NCBI GenBank assembly: GCA_018716625.1 | Contig: DVJQ01000042.1 | Location: 61-64,060 of the forward strand | Direction of reading: 5' to 3' | Source of the DNA: Candidatus Galligastranaerophilus intestinavium | GTDB lineage: Bacteria > Cyanobacteriota > Vampirovibrionia > Gastranaerophilales > Gastranaerophilaceae | Length of the DNA: 64,000 nucleotides | Shown here: in pieces, positions 6,673 through 15,477 of the stretch | How the letters are laid out: the number at the start of each line of letters is the position of its first letter | Numbering within the stretch: the first letter of the stretch is position 1 | Made by a program: the position numbers and the translations under genes | The notes under the pieces: generated by a model | Seen by the model: the letters and a program-made list of their open reading frames with translations, nothing else | Told to the model about the DNA's origin: nothing | The model's database searches: none

Positions 6673-8083
6673 AATATTTCTCCAATGTTTTAATGAATCT
6701 ATCTATAATTTTTCCGTATTTAATATCTTCTTTAATAAGGGTATCAAAGGCTTTTAGCACTTTTCTTAGCTCTGTTCGCTGCTTCGAACATTTCTTCTCA
6801 TCTAGGTATTTGTCAATAATAATCTTACGTTCTTCACTTGATTTTCTTGCAAGGAGAAAGACCAAAGCTGTTTTTAATGGTACTGAACGTTGTTCAGGTG
6901 TGTAACTTTGTATAAATTTGTCAAAGACTGTGTAGTAGGATTTGTTAATTAACTCTATATTTTTACAGTGGTTTATAATTGAGCGGAAGAAAAAGCTAAG
7001 GATATGTCCTACACCTATTGCACCACTGTTAAACATAGTCCAAATATATATTTTCTTTGAGGGGGCAGCATTTGTGCTTAATAGCCTGCTTATTGTTCTC
7101 ATGCCGGTTATCTTTGCTGTAAATAAGATACTGCAAGGATTATAACCTCTTGTAATTCTAAAGGTTGACTGTGATTTATTATCAAGGGCTTTGTCGTATT
7201 CTTGACTGGTTTTCAAATACCCTTCTTTTATAAATCCGTCATTAAGAAGGAAACTGTTTTTAACCCTAATAGTAATAGCTTCTTTCTCATCATTAACACC
7301 TATATCTAATTCCATTTTATTTACAGGTGTTAGCTGTTTTACCTCTTCAATTAACTCTCCTGCATTACAGTCCAACTGAAACTCTGCATACATTTCTACT
7401 CCGGTTGTTATATTTAAGGAAATAAACCTATGGAATAACTCGTAAAACACCTCAATATCAATATCTTGCGTTACCTTCTTTAAGTTATCTTCTTCATCAA
7501 TAGAGTATTCTTCTAATACTGCAAATTGTTCTGTAATAAAAGAACCGGAAGATACAATATTGTAGAGTATCACAAGCATTGTTAACTGGTAGAAAGTGCA
7601 GTAATACTCTAATATATCATCAGGAGTATGCTCTCTTCCTTGTTCTTTCTGCCAATTAAAGAGTTCTCTTCCATTGAAGTTACAAACGAGATTTTTGTAA
7701 CTGTAAGAGTTTGATAGAGGAACTTCCTTTCTTCCTTTGTTTGAACCGATATATCTTAACTCTACAAGTCTATTTATATCTTCTCTTACTGTGAAGTTGA
7801 TGAAATCTTCCAAGATAAAATCATCAAATCCTAAGTACCTTTTATAATAGTCTGTTACAATACTTACTGTTTCATCATTTAGTGCAATATTATTCTGCCA
7901 TATATTCAATAAGAAAAAGTCTAATCTGTTATTTATATCTTCATCTGAAATATTCTTAGATAATAGATACGGTCTTATTACCTGCTTAATGTTGAAAGAA
8001 GATAATACACATGAGATATTGTTGTATGAAGACTCTATCTCATGAATTGTAGGTAGTATCTGTAGGATGTTGTTGTTTACCAT
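6662..8083 (-). CDS. hypothetical protein (about 474 aa, no motif recognised)
   Basis: Long ORF. I prefer ATG 8083 (SD AAGGAGAAAATC) over the track start at 8113. Confidence 0.6.
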   Translation of the reverse strand: MVNNNILQILPTIHEIESSYNNISCVLSSFNIKQVIRPYLLSKNISDEDINNRLDFFLLNIWQNNIALNDETVSIVTDYYKRYLGFDDFILEDFINFTVREDINRLVELRYIGSNKGRKEVPLSNSYSYKNLVCNFNGRELFNWQKEQGREHTPDDILEYYCTFYQLTMLVILYNIVSSGSFITEQFAVLEEYSIDEEDNLKKVTQDIDIEVFYELFHRFISLNITTGVEMYAEFQLDCNAGELIEEVKQLTPVNKMELDIGVNDEKEAITIRVKNSFLLNDGFIKEGYLKTSQEYDKALDNKSQSTFRITRGYNPCSILFTAKITGMRTISRLLSTNAAPSKKIYIWTMFNSGAIGVGHILSFFFRSIINHCKNIELINKSYYTVFDKFIQSYTPEQRSVPLKTALVFLLARKSSEERKIIIDKYLDEKKCSKQRTELRKVLKAFDTLIKEDIKYGKIIDRFIKTLEKYYAW

Positions 8084-8206
8084 GATTTTCTCCTTGTTGT
8101 TGAATGAGTACAATCTATAAAAAAATGTATGTAAGTGTGTGTGTAAAATATCTTATTTGTAGGAATTGGATAAGATACATAAACAGTTAATGCAAGTTCG
8201 TTCATT

Positions 8207-8587
8207 TTATCTATCTCCTTGTGCTAGTTCTATGCTGTAATCTTCCTGTGCTTGTATTTCTCCTAATAGAATAAATATTGAAAAGATAAGAGCTTCTGTT
8301 GCAATTTCTGAAACAGTACATCTGTACCTTATAGCCTTCCACCATAACTTTATGAGTAATAAATAAGGCAGCCGTATGATTAAACCAACTGTATTATTAC
8401 TGGGATAGACGGTAGGATTTATGTCTAATAATAAATACTGGTTTATGGAATTAGACACAAATCTTTCTAACTCAATATCTCCAGTTAACACATAGCTTGT
8501 AAGAAGATTTGTCATAGAGCTGGGTAAGTCTAAAGTAATTTCTTCTGTTGTTAGCTTTCGCTGTAATATTCTAATAAACTCTGTCAT
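8207..8587 (-). CDS. hypothetical small protein (126 aa)
   Basis: ATG 8587 is preceded by a perfect SD (AAGGAGGTTAAAA). The track start at 8611 is less likely. Confidence 0.5.
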   Translation of the reverse strand: MTEFIRILQRKLTTEEITLDLPSSMTNLLTSYVLTGDIELERFVSNSINQYLLLDINPTVYPSNNTVGLIIRLPYLLLIKLWWKAIRYRCTVSEIATEALIFSIFILLGEIQAQEDYSIELAQGDR

Positions 8588-9178
8588 TTTTAACCTCCTT
8601 TTATTATGCACAATATTTAATCTTTTCCAGAGCCATGATATATTTAACTAAATCTTGAACTATTAGTTCTTCTGACGGTTCTTCTTCTAAATCAAGATGT
8701 ACACATACTTTTGCCGTATGCTTACCTTTGCTAATATTAAAGTTCCATACATCTTGATTTCTCAATTGAATACTGCTTTCTATCTACGCTGTAGATACTT
8801 GTATGCACTGTCGTGCAGTTTTCCGAAAAATTGGCACAAAAAAATAACCCCATTTGATAACGCTACATTTCTGTAACCTCTCTTTATAGGTCGATAGCTT
8901 AGTTAGCTACCAACTGGTGATTACCGTGAAAATCGCCATAAGGCTATTTAGTTATGCCGTTCAATGTTTTTTTCACTGAACACAAATCATTATATCATAA
9001 TTTTTTGATTTTGTCAACTCAAAACCCTTGCTATGACTGATTTTGAGGCGAAGATACTATTTTATGCAAATTTTAAAATTTGTCAACCCTTTTCTGCTTG
9101 GAATAATCTTAAGTATCATAAATAGGGCATTTTAAGGCTATTTATGGTATAATTGTAGAAAAGTAAGGAAGGGTTATA

Positions 9179-10705
9179 ATGTTAAATGCAGTCAGTTACG
9201 TAAGAGTATCGTCCGAAGACCAAAAAAAACACGGATATAGTATTGGACAGCAGATAACCAATTGCATGAACTATGCTTTACAAAACAACTATAAGCTGAT
9301 AAAAACATTTAAAGATGAGGGCATATCCGCTAAAGATTTAAACCGTCCTGCTTTACAAGATTTACTAGCGTATTGTATGGATGCAACTAATGAAGTTAAA
9401 GCCGTTATAGTATGGAAATTAGACAGGATTTCAAGGAGTGTAGCGGATTATACTGCAACACTATCCCCATTTTTTGCTCAAAATGATATCCAACTTCTAA
9501 CCGTAGCAGATATTAACGGTGAGGGGCTTGATGTTGAAATGATGAGGCAAATTTCCATGGTATTTGCTGAACGTGAGCGTAAAATGACAGCATTAAGAAC
9601 CAAAGAGGGTATAAGAGGTAAAGTTGCATTAGGACAATACCCTTATCATGCCCCTGTAGGCTATGAAAATATCGAGGTTAAAGGTTCTAAATATAAGAAA
9701 ATGGTAATAGATGAAGAAAACGCATTCTTTGTAAGGCAGGCATATAACCTCTGCTTACAGGGTGACTCCATTGTGACTATTACCAAAAAATTATATAATA
9801 TGGGATTTAGGAATAAACACGGAAACAAGCACCCAAAATCTTCTATTGAATATATATTACACAACATAGCATATACAGGAAAATTCTATTATGATGATAT
9901 TTTAGTCGCAAATACTGATTATGCACCTATAATAAGCGAAGCCACTTACTATGCAGTGCAAGAAAAACTAAATGCACCAGAGAAAACAAGACAAATGCAC
10001 ACTCAATTTCCATATAACGAGTGCATGACCTGCGCTAAGTGTGGTTGTGCAATGACAGGGGAAGTTAAAAAGAAGGTATCAAAGAAAACTAAGAAGGTTA
10101 TAAGAGAATATATCTACTATCATTGTACCGGAAATCGTGGCGGTGACTGCAAAAAGCATAGTTATATCAGGCAGGAACTTATTGAAGAAGCTTTTGTGAA
10201 TATTTTGCAACATATAACAATTCCTGAACACGTACAGGAACTTGTTATTAACGGTCTAAAAAAGGCTCATAAGGAACAGAACCACGATTATGAAATGCAG
10301 AAGAAATCTATTAGAAAGAGAATTGACAAGATAGATAAGGCTCTCAAAAATGTTTTTGAAAACGATTTTGATAAACATGACCAAGGAACATTAAAGAACA
10401 TTAAAAACTGGAAGGCTGAACGTAAAACATTACTCCTTGAAGAACAAGAACTATTAAAAGCAACAGAGACCTTTTTTGTACAATCGAACTGTTTATTGGA
10501 ATTCTGCAAAGACGCTCAGAATGCGTTTTTACAGGGAAATGCCGAACAAAAAAGAAGAATCGTAAAAATAGTATGTTCGAACTTTTCTTACGATGGCGAA
10601 AACCTAGTCATAGAGCCTAAACCAATATTTAAGGCTGTCATTAAAAACAGCCTTTCCAATAAAAAACTCCCCAGGTTGGACTCGAACCAACAACCTACCG
10701 GTTAA
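9179..10705 (+). CDS. large serine recombinase (resolvase domain + recombinase domain + zinc ribbon + coiled coil)
   Basis: The N-terminus YVRVSSEDQ...GYSIGQQ gives the catalytic Ser. It also has DRISRS, a CxxC...CxxxxxC zinc-ribbon region (CMTCAKCGC...YYHCTG...C) and a long C-terminal coiled coil. SD is AAGGAAGGG. The last 13 codons are read from the antisense of tRNA-Asn. Confidence 0.9.
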   Translation: MLNAVSYVRVSSEDQKKHGYSIGQQITNCMNYALQNNYKLIKTFKDEGISAKDLNRPALQDLLAYCMDATNEVKAVIVWKLDRISRSVADYTATLSPFFAQNDIQLLTVADINGEGLDVEMMRQISMVFAERERKMTALRTKEGIRGKVALGQYPYHAPVGYENIEVKGSKYKKMVIDEENAFFVRQAYNLCLQGDSIVTITKKLYNMGFRNKHGNKHPKSSIEYILHNIAYTGKFYYDDILVANTDYAPIISEATYYAVQEKLNAPEKTRQMHTQFPYNECMTCAKCGCAMTGEVKKKVSKKTKKVIREYIYYHCTGNRGGDCKKHSYIRQELIEEAFVNILQHITIPEHVQELVINGLKKAHKEQNHDYEMQKKSIRKRIDKIDKALKNVFENDFDKHDQGTLKNIKNWKAERKTLLLEEQELLKATETFFVQSNCLLEFCKDAQNAFLQGNAEQKRRIVKIVCSNFSYDGENLVIEPKPIFKAVIKNSLSNKKLPRLDSNQQPTG

Positions 10706-10738
10706 CAGCCGGTTGCTCCGCCATTGAGCTACTGAGGA
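10667..10738 (-). tRNA. tRNA-Asn (anticodon GTT), 72 nt, no encoded CCA
   Basis: Minus strand: TCCTCAG TA GCTC AATGGCG GAGC A ACCGG CTGTTAA CCGGT AGGTT GTTGG TTCGAGT CCAAC CTGGGGA G. It folds into a full cloverleaf with a T-loop TTCGAGT. Confidence 0.9.
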
Positions 10739-10742
10739 TTAT
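10728..10742. repeat. 15-bp direct repeat copy 1 (gctactgaggattat), spanning the tRNA-Asn 5' end plus 4 flanking nt
   Basis: An identical 15-mer recurs at 10819-10833. Confidence 0.9.
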
Positions 10743-10818
10743 ATCAATCTTATTTAGCTGTCAATCGCTCAATGGCTCCGCAAGCTCCTTTTGCCATTCG
10801 GCGGTGCTTTCGCACGGG

Positions 10819-10833
10819 GCTACTGAGGATTAT
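10819..10833. repeat. 15-bp direct repeat copy 2 (orphan copy of the tRNA-Asn 5' end)
   Basis: Identical to 10728-10742. It is followed (in the tRNA sense) by non-tRNA sequence containing a GTGC-GAAA-GCAC hairpin. Confidence 0.9.
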
Positions 10834-10873
10834 TTGTCTATCGACATTTTTTATTATAACAATAAATTTTTTT

Positions 10874-10901
10874 TTGGCAAGCTGATTTTTTATGTTATTA
10901 T
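10874..10901 (+). promoter_or_regulatory. promoter TTGGCA-16-TATTAT for the GT2 gene; the -10 ends 6 nt before the ATG, so the mRNA is probably leaderless
   Basis: TTGGCA is at 10874-10879, TATTAT at 10896-10901 and the ATG at 10908, with no SD. The -35 overlaps the -35 (TTGCCA, 10875-10880) of a divergent minus-strand promoter whose TATAAT lies at 10853-10858, upstream of tRNA-Asn. Confidence 0.4.
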
Positions 10902-10907
10902 CAATTT

Positions 10908-11795
10908 ATGAAAGTTTCATTTATATGTGCAAGTTATAATTACAAAGACTATATTTCCGAAACTATCGAAAGCGTTATGGCACAAGATAATTCGGACTGG
11001 GAGCTTATAGTTTTTGATGACGGTTCAACTGATGGTTCTTGCGAACTGATTGAGCAATATACAAAAAAAGACTCGAGGGTAAAACTATATACCCATGCCA
11101 ATAACTCAAATAAAGGTTTAATCACAACACTTAAAGAAGCAGCAAAAGTTGCAAACGGCGAATGGCTTGCTTTTATTGAAAGTGATGACATCTTAAAGCC
11201 TGATTACCTTTCACAAAAATTAAGCGCTTTAGAAAAATTTCCAAACACCGACCTTATTTTCTCAGGTGTCGAAATTTTAGGCACAGAAACCCTGAAAAAG
11301 AATTATATTGAAATTTTCAAAAATCGAGATAGTCTAATTAAAGAAAATTTCAACATTGTTCACTTAATAAGAGAGAATGTTATTCCAACATTTTCATGTG
11401 TGATGATTAGAAAAGATTTGTTTGCAAATAAACTTGATTTTAATTCACCGATTGCTCAAAACATTGACTGGTGGCTCTGGGCGCAAGTTTTTGCAGAATA
11501 TAAAACTCTTTATCTAAACAAAAATTTAAGCATATGGCGCAGACACGAGGGAAGTTATATTTCAAGCGTACAATTAAGTAAAATGCCTCATTTTATTCGC
11601 TCGTTGTTTAAGATTATTTTTAAATCGAAAATAAAAATTTTACCAAGAATTTTGCTGGAAATGCATATGTTTTTTAATACGTATGAAGTTACAAAAATTT
11701 TTGGAACTCCGTCAAGGAAAATAAGAAATTTAACACTAAATGCTTTATATAGAATGAACAATATAAAGCCGGATTTGATTTATTATAATAATTAA
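10908..11795 (+). CDS. family 2 glycosyltransferase
   Basis: VSFICASYNYKDYISETIESVMAQDNSDWELIVFDDGSTDGS and ...FIESDD are typical GT2 N-terminal motifs. Confidence 0.85.
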   Translation: MKVSFICASYNYKDYISETIESVMAQDNSDWELIVFDDGSTDGSCELIEQYTKKDSRVKLYTHANNSNKGLITTLKEAAKVANGEWLAFIESDDILKPDYLSQKLSALEKFPNTDLIFSGVEILGTETLKKNYIEIFKNRDSLIKENFNIVHLIRENVIPTFSCVMIRKDLFANKLDFNSPIAQNIDWWLWAQVFAEYKTLYLNKNLSIWRRHEGSYISSVQLSKMPHFIRSLFKIIFKSKIKILPRILLEMHMFFNTYEVTKIFGTPSRKIRNLTLNALYRMNNIKPDLIYYNN

Positions 11796-11893
11796 CATTT
11801 ATATTTTTTGTTAAATTATTCTTTCAAAGGGGTTTTAACCTTTGGTGAAAAATGTTATAATTGAGCTATTCTAAGTTAAGGAGTTTCACAAAA

Positions 11894-12202
11894 ATGTGTA
11901 AAAAAGACAGTTCAATATGCTTTGCATTGGGTATTTTAGCAGGTGTTGTAGGCGGAATAGCCGCAGGCGTGCTTTTAGCTCCTAAATCCGGTGAAGAATC
12001 AAGACGAGAATTAAAAATTGCCTATGATGACTTCATGCAAAAATATTCTCCGGAAATTACCCAAGCAAAAAAACAGGCAATGGAGATGATTAAATCATCC
12101 AAAGAAAAAATTGAAGACTCGTACAAAAAATTTAACGAAAATTTAAAAGCGCAAAAATTGGCACATGCCAAAAATTGCGAAATAGATGTATATGAAATAT
12201 AA
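11894..12202 (+). CDS. YtxH domain protein
   Basis: GVVGGIAAGVLLAPKSGEESRRELK is the YtxH signature. ATG 11894 follows SD AAGGAG; the track start at 11861 is a TTG. Confidence 0.7.
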   Translation: MCKKDSSICFALGILAGVVGGIAAGVLLAPKSGEESRRELKIAYDDFMQKYSPEITQAKKQAMEMIKSSKEKIEDSYKKFNENLKAQKLAHAKNCEIDVYEI

Positions 12203-12217
12203 AGAAAGGTTTTTCGG

Positions 12218-12574
12218 ATGGATCCGGTAAATATAACCCTGATTATACTTTTGTCCGTTACAACTGTTATTATAGTTGTACTGGGTGTACTTACTGCAAA
12301 ATTAATTGCTAATCTTACGATTTTGTCCAAAAATGTTGATTCAATTGCACAAAGTATACAAAGTGAAATTCAACCAACCCTAAAAGAGCTCAGAGAAGCC
12401 GCTCAATCTATAAATTCTATCGCGAATAACGCAGACACCCAATTCAGCGGCTTTCAAAGTACCCTAAAAAACGTTCTGGGGGCTTCAAGTCTTGTCGGTT
12501 GCAAAATGAGAGGCCTAATGGACGGACTTGTAAAGGGTATAAGTTTTGGTATAAATTTATTTAACAAAAAGTAA
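12218..12574 (+). CDS. DUF948-like membrane-anchored coiled-coil protein
   Basis: An N-terminal TM helix is followed by ...NVDSIAQSIQSEIQPTLKELREAAQSINSIANNADT. Confidence 0.55.
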   Translation: MDPVNITLIILLSVTTVIIVVLGVLTAKLIANLTILSKNVDSIAQSIQSEIQPTLKELREAAQSINSIANNADTQFSGFQSTLKNVLGASSLVGCKMRGLMDGLVKGISFGINLFNKK

Positions 12575-12590
12575 AGAAAGGAATAATACT

Positions 12591-12854
12591 ATGTCAACAG
12601 GTAAATTTGTAGCAGGTTTTATTGTTGGAGGTGTTGTTGGCGCTGTAATAGGCGTACTTCTTGCACCCCAATCCGGCGAAGAAACTCGCGAAATGATCAG
12701 CAAAAGCACGAAAGAAGCATATGGCAAAGTTTCTGACGCTGCTAAAGAAATTCAACAAAAGGCAGAATCTGTTGTTGATGAAGTACAGAAAAAAGGCGAA
12801 GAAATAATAGGCAAAATTCAAGATATGATTAATAAACAAAAAAATGAAGCTTAA
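12591..12854 (+). CDS. YtxH domain protein
   Basis: GVLLAPQSGEETREMISK. Confidence 0.7.
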   Translation: MSTGKFVAGFIVGGVVGAVIGVLLAPQSGEETREMISKSTKEAYGKVSDAAKEIQQKAESVVDEVQKKGEEIIGKIQDMINKQKNEA

Positions 12855-12884
12855 TTATTTTTTATTTTGTGTTAAAATTTCCCT

Positions 12885-14189
12885 ATGAAGTACGATGTTG
12901 CAATTATAGGGTTAGGCCCATCAGGGCTTGAGTTTGCCAAATGTGCGCTAAAACTCGGATTAAAAGTTATAGCATTTGAAAAATCTTCCGCAGGCGGAAC
13001 ATGTTTAAATTTGGGTTGCATCCCAACAAAGACTATGTTAAGCTGTGCGGAAGTTTTTTCTAAAGCAAAAAATTGTGATAAATACGGTATTGAGCTTGAT
13101 TCAAGCTCGCTTGGCTTTTCATACCAACAAATGTGCAAGAAACGCTCTGAAACCGTAAACAAACTAAAGAATGCTCTGCTAAAAGATTTAACATCAAAGG
13201 GATTAGAAATTGTAAATGAATCCGCGTCAGTTAAATGTGTGAACAATAGCGCAACTGTCATTGCAAATAACATTGAATATTTCTCTGATAAAATCATTAT
13301 TGCAACAGGTTCAAAACCAAACTGTATAAGTAATTTTAGCTTTAATCACAGAGATTTTATAAGTTCGGATGACCTTTTAAAGTGCGAAGAGTTGCCAAAA
13401 AGTATATTAATCATCGGCTCGGGCGCAATAGGCGTGGAGTGGGCAACAATACTAAACGAGTTTGGTGTTAATGTTTTTGTCATCGAGATGGCAGAGCGCT
13501 TGGCACCTTCGTGCGATATTGATATTTCATCACGCATAGAACGTATTTTTAAAATGAAAAAAATTAAATTCTATAAGAATGCGACACTCCTTGAATTTAA
13601 CAGCAACATTGCAAAGCTTTCAAATGGTGAAAATATTATATGTGACAAGGTTTTGTGTGCAGCAGGCAGAAGACCTGTTTTGACACAGATTGACGGAGTT
13701 GACTTAAAAATCAATGCAGATTGTACTACTAATGTTAATAATTTATATGTGACAGGTGATGCTGCAGGGGGTAAAATGCTTGCTCATGCTGCTTCCTCTC
13801 AGGCAAGGGCGCTTTTTAACAATCTCTATAAAGGTATGGAATACATTGTTTCGGATATTCCCTCTGTAATATATACAACACCTGAAATTGCCTCTATTGG
13901 CATAAGAGAGCAGGACATTGATAACCCGCATGAATATAAAATCGTAAAATTACCGATATCTTATCTTGCAAAGTCTTGGTGTGACGGAGAAATTGACGGT
14001 TTTATAAAATTGATAATTAAAGACAAACACATAAAAGGTGCTCACATTGTATCAAAAGAGGCGTCTGCATTAATTATGCAAATAGCAATTGCTATGAAGG
14101 CAGATATGGACACAGACGAACTTTGCGATGTCGTATTTGCCCACCCAACATACTCTGAAGGGATTATGGAGGCTTTAAACAATGCATAG
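12885..14189 (+). CDS. lpd: dihydrolipoyl dehydrogenase-type FAD/NAD(P) disulfide oxidoreductase
   Basis: GLGPSG (FAD binding), the redox-active GGTCLNLGCIPTK, GSGAIGVE (NAD binding), and a C-terminal HAHPTYSE dimerisation motif. Adjacent to lipA. Confidence 0.8.
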   Translation: MKYDVAIIGLGPSGLEFAKCALKLGLKVIAFEKSSAGGTCLNLGCIPTKTMLSCAEVFSKAKNCDKYGIELDSSSLGFSYQQMCKKRSETVNKLKNALLKDLTSKGLEIVNESASVKCVNNSATVIANNIEYFSDKIIIATGSKPNCISNFSFNHRDFISSDDLLKCEELPKSILIIGSGAIGVEWATILNEFGVNVFVIEMAERLAPSCDIDISSRIERIFKMKKIKFYKNATLLEFNSNIAKLSNGENIICDKVLCAAGRRPVLTQIDGVDLKINADCTTNVNNLYVTGDAAGGKMLAHAASSQARALFNNLYKGMEYIVSDIPSVIYTTPEIASIGIREQDIDNPHEYKIVKLPISYLAKSWCDGEIDGFIKLIIKDKHIKGAHIVSKEASALIMQIAIAMKADMDTDELCDVVFAHPTYSEGIMEALNNA

Positions 14190-15057
14190 ACCCAAATTAC
14201 CGGACTATTTGAAACGCCCTATCGCCTCTCTTGATAATCAACAAAGTAAACAGGTCAGAGAAATTTTAAAACGCTATAATTTAAACACGGTGTGTGACGG
14301 CGCAAGATGCCCCAACAAGTGCGAGTGTTATTCAAATTTAAGTGCAACATTTTTAATTATGGGAAAAACTTGCACAAGAAACTGTGCCTTTTGCAACATT
14401 GAGCAAAAAGTTCCTGAGCATTTAGACCCTGATGAACCCAAAAATGTTGCACTTGCAATTAAGGCGCTTGGGCTAAAATATGCTGTCATTACATCGGTTA
14501 CAAGGGATGATTTGGATGATTACGGCGCAAATCATTTTTGTAAAACTATTTTTCAAATAAGAAAATTATCGCCCGATACAAAAATTGAAATTCTAACACC
14601 GGATTTTTGTGGGTCGTACGAGTCGTTAAATATGTTACTACAGTATAAACCTGATGTATTTAACCATAACATTGAAACAGTTAAAAATTTATACCCAAAA
14701 GCAAGGCAAATGGCTGATTATAATACCTCACTTGCTGTTTTAAAATATATAAAAGAAAACTCGCCTGACATTATTACAAAGACAGGATTAATGGTTGGAC
14801 TTGGCGAATCAAAAGATGAACTTTATGAAACTTTTTGTGATATAAAAAAGGCAAAAGTTGACATATTAACCCTTGGTCAATACATCTCGCCATCAAAAAA
14901 ACATTTGACTGTTGAGAAATATTATACTATTAGCGAATTTAGCGAACTTGAAAATCTGGCAAACAAAGCCGGTATCAAATACACTGTATTTGCTCCGCTT
15001 GCCAGAAGTTCTTATAAAGCTTCACAAGCTTACTATGACATCGTATCCAAAAAATGA
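14182..15057 (+). CDS. lipA: lipoyl synthase
   Basis: CPNKCECY auxiliary cluster, CTRNCAFCNI radical SAM cluster, ...SVTRDDL..., and a C-terminal RSSY. Confidence 0.9.
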   Translation: MHRPKLPDYLKRPIASLDNQQSKQVREILKRYNLNTVCDGARCPNKCECYSNLSATFLIMGKTCTRNCAFCNIEQKVPEHLDPDEPKNVALAIKALGLKYAVITSVTRDDLDDYGANHFCKTIFQIRKLSPDTKIEILTPDFCGSYESLNMLLQYKPDVFNHNIETVKNLYPKARQMADYNTSLAVLKYIKENSPDIITKTGLMVGLGESKDELYETFCDIKKAKVDILTLGQYISPSKKHLTVEKYYTISEFSELENLANKAGIKYTVFAPLARSSYKASQAYYDIVSKK

Positions 15058-15058
15058 C

Positions 15059-15460
15059 CTAGACTTTTGCCACTGTTTTGCCAGATTTTTTACCTCTTTT
15101 AGAGAGTCTTTCAGCATTATATTGTTGTATCTTACTGTCTATTTTTGCAGATTTTGCAACATCTTTTATGTATTTTATATACAACTCCGGCTTTATTTTT
15201 TCCATTTCAACAAGCCTTAGAACAATCCTTACTCCTGCAAGGTTTATTGCAAGATTTCTTGTAAGAAATTGGATAAGCTTCCCTTTTTCAATATCATTTA
15301 GCGAATACAGGCGCCTGTTTTGTTTTGAACGTCTTGCCACAAGGAGCTTTTGTTCATCATAAATTCTAAGCGTTCTTTGGTGTACATTAAGTATTGTTGC
15401 AACTTTCCCGATTGATAAAACGGGATCGTCAGCATTTGTTTGATTTTTTTTGTTGCTCAT
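15059..15460 (-). CDS. MerR-family transcriptional regulator (HspR-like)
   Basis: LSIGKVATILNVHQRTLRIYDEQKLLVARRSKQNRRLYSLNDI is a MerR-type HTH. Confidence 0.7.
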   Translation of the reverse strand: MSNKKNQTNADDPVLSIGKVATILNVHQRTLRIYDEQKLLVARRSKQNRRLYSLNDIEKGKLIQFLTRNLAINLAGVRIVLRLVEMEKIKPELYIKYIKDVAKSAKIDSKIQQYNAERLSKRGKKSGKTVAKV

Positions 15461-15477
15461 TTCTTACTCCAGACATC

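Larger units (their letters stand above)
1..10666. mobile_element. right-hand portion of an integrated element (genomic island, IME or prophage remnant) inserted next to the 3' end of tRNA-Asn; the left end is outside the window
   Basis: It holds a serine recombinase at the tRNA junction, a second recombinase, a Bro-N protein and unknown cassettes. All genes except the recombinase lie on one strand. Housekeeping genes begin only beyond the tRNA. Confidence 0.6.

Noticed and set aside
8604-8765. A 53-codon TTG-initiated ORF upstream of 8207-8587
   Set aside because: It has no ATG, only a weak SD and no recognisable motif. I mention it in a finding but do not call it as a feature.
10667-10705. 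The recombinase C-terminal tail (KKLPRLDSNQQPTG) as a functional protein segment
   Set aside because: It is encoded by the antisense of tRNA-Asn. It is most likely read-through to the first stop after the junction rather than a selected coding sequence.
10743-10818. A T-box, a riboswitch or a second tRNA gene in the tRNA-Asn leader
   Set aside because: It has no T-loop (GTTCRANYC), no specifier or T-box sequence, and no cloverleaf can be drawn. Only short hairpins are present.
12872-13297. The minus-strand ORF antisense to lpd; likewise 13346-13537 and 13743-13931
   Set aside because: They are shadow ORFs inside a well-supported flavoprotein gene.
14912-15362. The + strand ORFs 14912-15220 and 15078-15362
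   Set aside because: They overlap the lipA 3' end and lie antisense to the MerR gene. Their translations are low-complexity F/L/S-rich.
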